From contig DASZAE010000032.1 in NCBI GenBank assembly GCA_035945515.1, positions 45,082-109,081 on the forward strand: 64,000 nucleotides of DNA. The letters are read 5' to 3'. A model generated the notes under the pieces. That model had not been told where the DNA came from, made no database searches, and was given only the letters and a program-made list of their open reading frames with translations. The translations under genes were made by a program, and so were the position numbers. Below are positions 9,998 through 17,600 of the stretch, in pieces. Positions within the stretch are counted from its first letter, which is position 1. Each line of letters begins with the position of its first letter. The stretch comes from Terriglobia bacterium. Its GTDB lineage: Bacteria > Acidobacteriota > Terriglobia > UBA7540.

Positions 9998-10959
9998 TGA
10001 CACCCCCCGACGAATGAGCACGTGATTGGGACTGGCGGTGACTTGAACACGCCAAGGGGAACCTGAATGAGTTCGTGCAACGGATCAAGCGGGCCGAAAT
10101 CGTCATAGTGATCCTGTATGCCGTTCGGGTCAGCTACGACGTGGCCTTCCCCAAATCCAAAAAGCCCTAGCAAACCGATATACCAAGAAGGATTCCCGTT
10201 GTGGAATGAATCCAGCGGGTCTTGGTACCCGTTGCTTTCGAGTTCGGCGACATTGGCGAGATTACCGGGAAGCTGGACGTTGATTGTTACTCCGGTCCTT
10301 GAAATCAGCACACTATCATTTATGCCGCTGCACGCAGTAGTCGCATATTTACATGCAAGGAGGTACGCTCGATAAGCTTGATTCTGAGTCAGGGCGGCGA
10401 GGTTGGTTCGCCAATTGAAGTACGCATCAAGGCTCGGAAAGAATTGGTTGTATGAGCGGCCATAAAGTGATCCTTGAACCTGCCATCCAAAATTCGAGGC
10501 ATAGCTCGCCTCGCCCTCGGCGATGTCAGGGGACAGAGGGTCACCGTTGGCGTCGATCGTGACGGGACCCGGCCCGGTTGGATCATTCGACGTACCGTCA
10601 CATTCCCCTGATCCACTCGGGCCGGCGGGGCCGTTGCCCTGCCAAGCCATCTCGCTCGAGTACACGGCTGGACATGGCGTCAGCCCGTTGGGGTCGGTGA
10701 GCGTGGTGGGCCTATCGAAGGTGAAAGCGTAGGCATTCCATGATTGCGGATTCGAGGGATCGACGGCGCTCAGCCGCGCTGGGTCCGGCGTCAGCCAGCG
10801 ATTGATGCTGGAAGAGTACGTGCGCAGCATGGCCTGATCAAGACCCGTCACCAGATCGCGCGTGAGCCCGGCGAACTTATAGTCGTTCATCGTCATCTGC
10901 GGACTGACTTCGTTTCCAAACGGAGCGTACATGGCCTGCCACACCGGATAGCCATTCAC
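9994..10959 (-). CDS. Orphan Rhs C-terminal toxin cassette, tip of unknown family
   Basis: Rhs core end YKFAGLTRD..RWLTPDP..NAYAF..PTTLTDPNGL followed by about 230 aa of unique sequence. Confidence 0.85.
   Translation of the reverse strand: MNGYPVWQAMYAPFGNEVSPQMTMNDYKFAGLTRDLVTGLDQAMLRTYSSSINRWLTPDPARLSAVDPSNPQSWNAYAFTFDRPTTLTDPNGLTPCPAVYSSEMAWQGNGPAGPSGSGECDGTSNDPTGPGPVTIDANGDPLSPDIAEGEASYASNFGWQVQGSLYGRSYNQFFPSLDAYFNWRTNLAALTQNQAYRAYLLACKYATTACSGINDSVLISRTGVTINVQLPGNLANVAELESNGYQDPLDSFHNGNPSWYIGLLGLFGFGEGHVVADPNGIQDHYDDFGPLDPLHELIQVPLGVFKSPPVPITCSFVGGCQ
10727..10959 (-). repeat. Rhs-core homology repeat, copy in the distal orphan
   Basis: 10727-10877 closely matches 12233-12383; 10795-10959 matches about 15361-15525 of the main Rhs. 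Confidence 0.9.
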
Positions 10960-10993
10960 TATTTGGCGTTGGTGTTTGAGATTATGGCAAAGG

Positions 10994-11272
10994 CTACCCC
11001 GCTTTTGTTCTTCGATCCGACCGTTGGGTTTGACTGTTGGCGCCCTTTGCGGATGAAGACTGCCAAAACGGGCGAATCATCACGAACCAGAACACAACAG
11101 TAAAAAAAAGCGTCCATCCAATGTTGATACAGACCTGAATCAGGGCTTCACTCCAGTTTGAAGGGAAGCCTCTGCCAGTGATGCCCGTCCAATCAATCAA
11201 TGACAGCGAGCAAAAACCAAGCACCACGATGAAAATGAGTTTTTTTCTTAGCGAACTCCGTATTTCTGACAT
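10994..11272 (-). CDS. Small 2-TM membrane protein, candidate immunity protein
   Basis: GGAGA RBS, ATG 11272, two hydrophobic helices; follows the glycine-zipper CT. Confidence 0.6.
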   Translation of the reverse strand: MSEIRSSLRKKLIFIVVLGFCSLSLIDWTGITGRGFPSNWSEALIQVCINIGWTLFFTVVFWFVMIRPFWQSSSAKGANSQTQRSDRRTKAG

Positions 11273-11313
11273 TCGCGCATCTCCACTGCGAGCCACCATT
11301 GAAATAGCTTCTC

Positions 11314-11380
11314 AATTCATTCGTCAACGCACGCGCCGCATACGAAAGGCACCCAATCACTTCTTATAAACCCGAAGGGT
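11314..11380. repeat. About 66-bp non-Rhs direct repeat, copy 1
   Basis: 40-bp core TCATTCGTCAAC[g/c]CACGCGCCGCATACGAAAGGCACCCAA shared with 12380-12445, one mismatch. Confidence 0.9.
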
Positions 11381-11475
11381 CTCACTCGCTTAAGACGTAA
11401 AGAGAGCCTCATTTGAGCAATAGACCGCCGGTAAATAAATATGCAACGAATATGATAGCTAACTGATTGTGCTCG

Positions 11476-12426
11476 TTAATACACGCCTAGAGCGGCACAA
11501 CCTATCGAAGCGGCAGTGCCGTAAAGTACTCCACCTCCAGCGCCAACGGTACCTTCAGTTACGCCCCCAAGGATCGCTCCAAGTACTCCGCCGACAGGTG
11601 TGCCGAAAATCGTACCCGTCAACCCACCCGATATGACCCCGAATACGATTCCTTTGACCCCACCCTCGAACATCCAGTTCTTAGCATTATCAGCGGGTGA
11701 ACGTCCACATAGATACCATTCGGCTATTTTCTTGAGCCGCTGCGCATTTTTGTTTTCGCTATTACGTGGGGCAATCGCACGCCGACTAACAGGCACTTGA
11801 GAAGTGAAGTTGGCGGTCGTCGGGCTGGTGGCCGTAAACTGTACGCCGGGAAAACTGAAATTTAGCAGGCCGTTGCTGTAAATGGGGCTGTAAGAAATGC
11901 CCATGACATTCCCACTTAGGTCCATGGTCGCCGTGGTTTCGGTGCCGATTTGCAGCGCATTAGCATACTCAAACGCGCTGCTCCCAGGCGAAGAGACGAG
12001 TTGAGCATTCGTCCCCGCGAGCGCATCAGGCAGCGCGAACCCGGCCTGTAACGCCCCAGCCGCGATGCTGCCAGGCACGTCCACGCCGTCGAGTGTATAA
12101 CTCACAGGCGCTCCGTTGTACGTTGGATTGTCCGCGCATGGCAGTGGACCAGCACCCTGATATCCGCCGCTGATATTGCAATCGTCGAGCCCCGAGGGGT
12201 CGGCAAATGTCGTGGGATTATTTCCGGCATACGCGTAGGCATTCCATGATTGTGGATTCGAGGGATCGACGGCGCTCAGCCGCGCCGGGTCGGGCGTGAG
12301 CCAGCGATTGATGCTGGAAGAATACGTCCGCAGCATGGCCTGATCGAGACCCGTCACCGGATCGCGCGTCAGCCCGGCGAACTCATTCGTCAACCCACGC
12401 GCCGCATACGAAAGGCACCCAACCAC
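11476..12426 (-). CDS. Orphan Rhs-CT cassette with a glycine-zipper hydrophobic tip; Rhs homology starts near 12383
   Basis: FAGLTRD..NNPTTFADPSGL; C-terminal GxxxG-rich helices. Confidence 0.85.
   Translation of the reverse strand: MVGCLSYAARGLTNEFAGLTRDPVTGLDQAMLRTYSSSINRWLTPDPARLSAVDPSNPQSWNAYAYAGNNPTTFADPSGLDDCNISGGYQGAGPLPCADNPTYNGAPVSYTLDGVDVPGSIAAGALQAGFALPDALAGTNAQLVSSPGSSAFEYANALQIGTETTATMDLSGNVMGISYSPIYSNGLLNFSFPGVQFTATSPTTANFTSQVPVSRRAIAPRNSENKNAQRLKKIAEWYLCGRSPADNAKNWMFEGGVKGIVFGVISGGLTGTIFGTPVGGVLGAILGGVTEGTVGAGGGVLYGTAASIGCAALGVY
12233..12383 (-). repeat. Rhs-core homology repeat, copy in the middle orphan
   Basis: 12299-12383 is identical to 15359-15443. Confidence 0.92.
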
Positions 12427-12445
12427 TCCCTAAAAGCCGAAGGGT
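12380..12445. repeat. About 66-bp non-Rhs direct repeat, copy 2
   Basis: Matches 11314-11380; abuts the start of the Rhs-core homology. Confidence 0.9.
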
Positions 12446-12529
12446 TTCGCGCGCGCCGCGAACCAGAGAAAGGGGTTACAAAAACTTCTTGACCTACGCC
12501 GCCCCCTTTCATAGATGCGCCGCCCGCGG

Positions 12530-13168
12530 TCACCAGTCTTGCCTCTCAAGATCGAAGTGATATTGGGATAGCACAGCGTTTCGGCTGAGCACGTGGATTA
12601 CCCTGCCCTCGGTAGCATCCATCACATAGGCGCGGTACAATTCGACGGCTGGCTGCCATGAGGGAAGCGGCCTGATGTGCCGGAAGATCACCGCATTCAG
12701 CCCTACCAGGAGAGAGCCGTTGGGGAGCCAGCGCAGCGCCTTAGCGTAGATCTTGTCTATGTCGTACTTCCCTCCTAGCGAAGAGCGGAGGCTTCCCTCC
12801 AGGGATGGGGTCAGTGGTACCAGGCGGAATGAATCTCCGGATTTCTGGCCTGCGAAAATGAAGTAGTGGTCCGCAAAACGAGCGTCTGTTACCGAAAATG
12901 CTAAGCTGTCTCGCCGCCATAGAACCTCGCAAGAGCGCATAATCGGCAGGAGTCGGGTAGTTAAGCTCCCGCCGGATGATTTCACCACCAGCCAGGGATC
13001 CGCCTCACCAGAAACGACCTGCAGGGTCCACCTCCCGTCAGGAGATCTTACTACCGGTCGGTCCTGCGCATCCAGTACAATAGGGCGGGGCAAACTCAGA
13101 GCCTCGGCTCCTGGGCCAAGGTCAAGCGCCGCTCCAATAATCAGGGCCAAACAGACGATTACTTTCAT
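12530..13168 (-). CDS. Exported putative immunity protein for the 3D-like CT
   Basis: Start overlaps the CT stop; signal peptide; SPDGRW propeller-like motif. Confidence 0.7.
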   Translation of the reverse strand: MKVIVCLALIIGAALDLGPGAEALSLPRPIVLDAQDRPVVRSPDGRWTLQVVSGEADPWLVVKSSGGSLTTRLLPIMRSCEVLWRRDSLAFSVTDARFADHYFIFAGQKSGDSFRLVPLTPSLEGSLRSSLGGKYDIDKIYAKALRWLPNGSLLVGLNAVIFRHIRPLPSWQPAVELYRAYVMDATEGRVIHVLSRNAVLSQYHFDLERQDW

Positions 13169-13956
13169 CAGAACTCCGTGTATCCAGCAGGGCAGGAAAA
13201 ATTCGGGCTATCGACAGCGATGTAGGCTGCTGTCGATTGGCGACCAAACTGTTTCGCTTGCTGGGTTGTCGGCAACCCACGAAGCGTTCCATACACGTCG
13301 AACTGGAATGGTACATTGTTAAGTACGTTCGGGTCACCGATGTCCGTAACCCTGTAAGGAGGGCCAGGGAACCCATTTAGCTTGAGGTTTTGCGGAGCGA
13401 TGGCTGTGATTTTCGAATACGCTATAGTGGCCGCGGTGGTGCCTTTGACTCCGACCGTAAGACCGAAGATACTGGGGTTGATCGCAACACCTCCGGCTTG
13501 GTGGCCGAATATCGCTGGGCTTAGGGATCCGGGTAGATAAGCTTGATTGGGGCCGACCGCAGTGAAAACGGAAGGCCCGCCGCAGACCGTTGTGCCAGAG
13601 TTGTTGGTGCCTCCTGCCCACCGTGGCGGCACGGGTTGGGGCGCGGGCGAGGCGCCGCCTCCTGCCGGATACCCAGTAGGCGGTGGGATGCAACCTTCGG
13701 TACCATCCGCTATGCAATCTGCCGTCCCGCCCACAGACAAGCATCCTACGAAGTAAGTGAACGATCCCTGCGATTGGCCATTCACGCTTGCGGTCACCGT
13801 ATCGAACAGGCAGTTCCCAAGTGCCCATGGATAAAGACCGAATGGGTCCGAGTTCGTCGCAGGGTTATAGAAGGCGTAGGCGTAGCGATTCAGAGTTTGC
13901 GGGTTGGTGATATCCCCGCCCAGCAGGTCCGGCGTTGGGTCACTAGTTATTTCCAT
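13168..13956 (-). CDS. Orphan Rhs-CT cassette with a 3D-domain-like (MltA/Sps-type) peptidoglycan-lytic tip
   Basis: PDLLGGDITNPQTLNRYAY..DPFGL; tip motifs GVAINPSIFG, YRVTDIG, FDVY, AKQFGRQ. Confidence 0.75.
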   Translation of the reverse strand: MEITSDPTPDLLGGDITNPQTLNRYAYAFYNPATNSDPFGLYPWALGNCLFDTVTASVNGQSQGSFTYFVGCLSVGGTADCIADGTEGCIPPPTGYPAGGGASPAPQPVPPRWAGGTNNSGTTVCGGPSVFTAVGPNQAYLPGSLSPAIFGHQAGGVAINPSIFGLTVGVKGTTAATIAYSKITAIAPQNLKLNGFPGPPYRVTDIGDPNVLNNVPFQFDVYGTLRGLPTTQQAKQFGRQSTAAYIAVDSPNFSCPAGYTEF

Positions 13957-14609
13957 GATGACGGAGGCAATTTCTGAAGCGCGTCGTAACGCTGATCAAA
14001 CGGCACCGTCGCAGCGAGCCTATACTTTTTCCCGGTCCAGGTCCAAATTTCCGTACTTTTCGGGACGGTCGTTCCATTTGGCTGGGGCACTCTGCCAACG
14101 TTTAGCAGAATTGCGCCCCACGGGAATTCCGGCTGGACGCGGGAGGCGCGATCGAAGATGAGCGAGACCGTTTCACCTTCGATACGGAAGGCCCTGACCC
14201 AGACAGCACTCCCGCTCTCCCAGACAGTTATCAGTAAAGAATCGTTTGCCTCTGGAGGGAACATATATCGCAGCCACTCGCACGACGGATAATCAAGCAG
14301 TCTCGTCAAATGTCCTGACGAGCTGATGGCGAAGATCAGGTGAGTGGGGCACGAGTGGACAGCGTAAGGGTTCTCCGTCGCCTTTATCCAGTAGCTGACA
14401 TCTGCATTATCAGTTTTAAGCCTCAAGGATGCCACGGTCGGCGGAACGTATCCCGGAGGCGGGGACGCCGGTTTGAGCCTGTGGAAGGGGCGGTGACTGC
14501 CCATCTCCGATTGACCCCGTACGGCAGAGGCAGCCATGCCCAGAGCAAGTGCGGTCATCGCGCAGGTAGAGATACGGAATGCCGTCCTCCATCTCTTCTT
14601 ATCGAACAT
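13947..14609 (-). CDS. Exported putative immunity protein for the SLT tip of the main Rhs
   Basis: Overlaps the Rhs stop; clear signal peptide. Confidence 0.7.
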   Translation of the reverse strand: MFDKKRWRTAFRISTCAMTALALGMAASAVRGQSEMGSHRPFHRLKPASPPPGYVPPTVASLRLKTDNADVSYWIKATENPYAVHSCPTHLIFAISSSGHLTRLLDYPSCEWLRYMFPPEANDSLLITVWESGSAVWVRAFRIEGETVSLIFDRASRVQPEFPWGAILLNVGRVPQPNGTTVPKSTEIWTWTGKKYRLAATVPFDQRYDALQKLPPSSWK

Positions 14610-17600
14610 GGGATGCCGCCTGGAGTTGCTTGACGCAGTTCAGAACGTCGTTCGCGTAACCTGGGCCGGTCCCGTAATGCGCTAGAGCGGTGGAAAGACT
14701 GCCGAATCGACCGACCAAAATGTCGAGGTAAGTTGATCCCGCCTGAACGTTGATTACCGGGTTGAATAGCTTATCGTACGTGTTCGCTGGGAAATTAGCT
14801 GGATAAAGTCTATGAAGATCGACGGTGGCTGGACGCGTGACCTGCATTAGCCCTCGCGCTGAGCTTTTCGGAACCCCCGTTTTCGGATCAATTGGAGGCA
14901 CTGCGTTCGCATCAAAACCTCCGCCCCGGCTACTCTCTTTGAACACAATGCAGTCGACCACATCATCGCAAAGGTTCGATTCGTTATTTGCGTGCACAAG
15001 ATTCTTGAGTTGCGGCCAAGTGATAATGTTCGGCTTAGGTGCAGATGTTTTAGTGAGAACGCCGCCGGGCGCGCCGTAGGAAGTGACCTGAATTATGCCG
15101 CCACAACCCAGAACCCCTGGAAGCAACCCGCAGGGCGGTTGGATGCAACCTTCGCTTCCATCAGCCACGCAGCCGGGATTCTGCGACGGAGGGATGGGCG
15201 GGGGCGCCTGGGCCGTGACGGTTACGCACGGATTGGGATCGTTGTCGCACGGGTCCAGCCCCGACGGGTCTGTCAGCTTGATGGGGTTGTTGACGGCGTA
15301 GGCGTAGCGGTTCAAGCTTTGCGGATTCGTGATGTCCCCGCCCAACAGGTCCGGCGACAGCCAGCGATTGATGCTGGAAGAATACGTCCGCAGCATGGCC
15401 TGATCGAGACCCGTCACCGGATCGCGCGTCAGCCCGGCGAACTTGTAATCGTTCACCGTCATCTGCGGACTAACCTCGTCGCCATACGGCGCGTACATCG
15501 CCTGCCACACAGGGTAGCCGTCCACGCTCGTCATCATCCGCTCTGACCCCACCGCGTCGGCCTGATAATAGTTGGTGGTGTCGTCCGGTGAAGTTGGATC
15601 GCCCGTCGTATGATAATCGATTGCATATCCCCAATTGCTTACCCCGGACGTCACCCAGGGATTCAGCGAAATGCTCGTTTCGCGGTTGTACAGCGGACGC
15701 ACCGTGCCGTCCGCGCTCACCAGCGTCACGTCCTGAAAATACATGTCCCACGGTCCACCGGTGGCCCCGGCCTGCTGCATCAGGTTAATGGATTGGAGGT
15801 CTTTCCCCGCATACGCGCTGAGGTCCACCCGCCGGTACAGCCATGTGTTCTCCGTGGAGTCGTAGTTCATGAGCTGCCCGTTTTGATCGTAAGTCACCCA
15901 GTTCGTGTTGGTGCCGTCCTGGAAAATCATCATGATGCCGCCCCACCCGCCCGATTCCCACTGCCGCCAGCACAGCTTGTCACCCGATTGGATGACGTAA
16001 TTGTAGTACCCGCCGTAGCCGTCCGGCCCCAGAAACGCATAGCCTGAATACTGATTGCCGCAGTTTGAACAGTTGTTGCCGTAAATATGGATGCGGTACT
16101 CAAAGTTATCCGCCTTCGCGATGCGCCGACCGTTAGCGTAAATATAATCGCTCCAATTGCTTCCCCCTTGCAACTCGGCCAGGACCTGGCCCGACTGCCC
16201 GTACCAGAAAAGCGTGCCCGCCGAATTATTCACCTGCCGCCCTTCGCCGTCGTACTTATAGCTCGACGATCCCGCTGCGGTCATTTCGCTTTCAGCATTG
16301 TAGGTGTAAGTGTTCACATTGTCGTAGGTCATGTCCCCAGCGGCGTTGTAGGTGTAATTGCCCGTCAAGTGATTGTTCCCGTCCGTGCCCACGCTAAGGC
16401 CGTATCCAGTGCACTGCGTGTCCGTGACGCCCGTAAGATTGGCCCACTGATCGTACCCGTAGCTGTAGCCGTAGCAATAGCTCGGGTCCGTACCCTGAGT
16501 CTTTGCGGTTAAAATCCGGTTCAGTGAATCGTAAGTAAAACTCTGCGTGCGGCCATTGTTCAGGTTGTCTGTAATGGTTGCCATGCTGCCATCGTTATGC
16601 CCGTTTGCATCCACGAAGCTATAGGCCAGGTTCATGGCGGTGAGCACGCTGCTCGAAAGCGTCAAGGTGGCCGGCTGAAGGCGATTGTTATAGCTCCAAT
16701 TTTCCGTTAGGCCATTGCCCAGCGTGACGCTTGCAGGCTCGCCGCTGGGCGCGTACTGCGCGCTGGTCAGATAGTTGTAATTTACCGGGGTTCCCGCGAA
16801 GCTGGCGAAGTTGACGCCCGTGATTTGCGCCGCGCCATTGCGGCTGTACGTCACTACCCTTCCGCTGGGATATCCAATCGAGTTCAGGGAGCCATCAAGA
16901 TTATACCCGTAGTCCGTAGTTCCGGTGACGCCGCTCGTCGTGCGTTGGTCAGCAATGACACGGCCCATCGAATCATAGCTCCAGGCTTCCGATCCTGCGC
17001 CATCCACCATGCCGGTTTGAAGGCCGACGTTATAACACGAAGGCTGCCCAAGACACGCGCTTTGATCGTAAGAATAGCTGATTGAAGGCGTGACGCCATC
17101 CGAATAGCTCTTGCCCGTAATGCGGTTGAGAGCGTCATACGAATACGTCGTTGTGATGCCCCGCCCGTCGGTGCGCGTGCAGACGTTCGAGAGAGCGCCC
17201 GAACAACCGGAATAGCCATAAGTGGTCGTGCCCGACTCCGGCGTCACAGCCTTAATCAACCGCGCCAGGGAATCGTATTGGTAAGTGCGCGATTGACCGC
17301 TTTGGGACACGGTGAGCAGATCGTTCAGGCCGTCATAGGTGTAACTGGTCCCGTAGTTCAGTCCGGAGGGGTCTTCATGCACCTGGGTGAGGCGGCCGAG
17401 AGCATCTGAGCAGAGTTCCCTTGCCCTCGTCGCTTCATCGGTTGTGGTTGAGCAGTTGCCTGAGTAACTCGTGTTGATCGTGTTGCCGTCGGCATGGCTG
17501 ACCGATGTCACCCGGCCGAGCGCGTCATAGCTATAGGTATCGCCGCCGGTTGAGCTGCCAACGTAAGGGTTGCTTACTGAGTGGACGCGGCCATCGGAAT

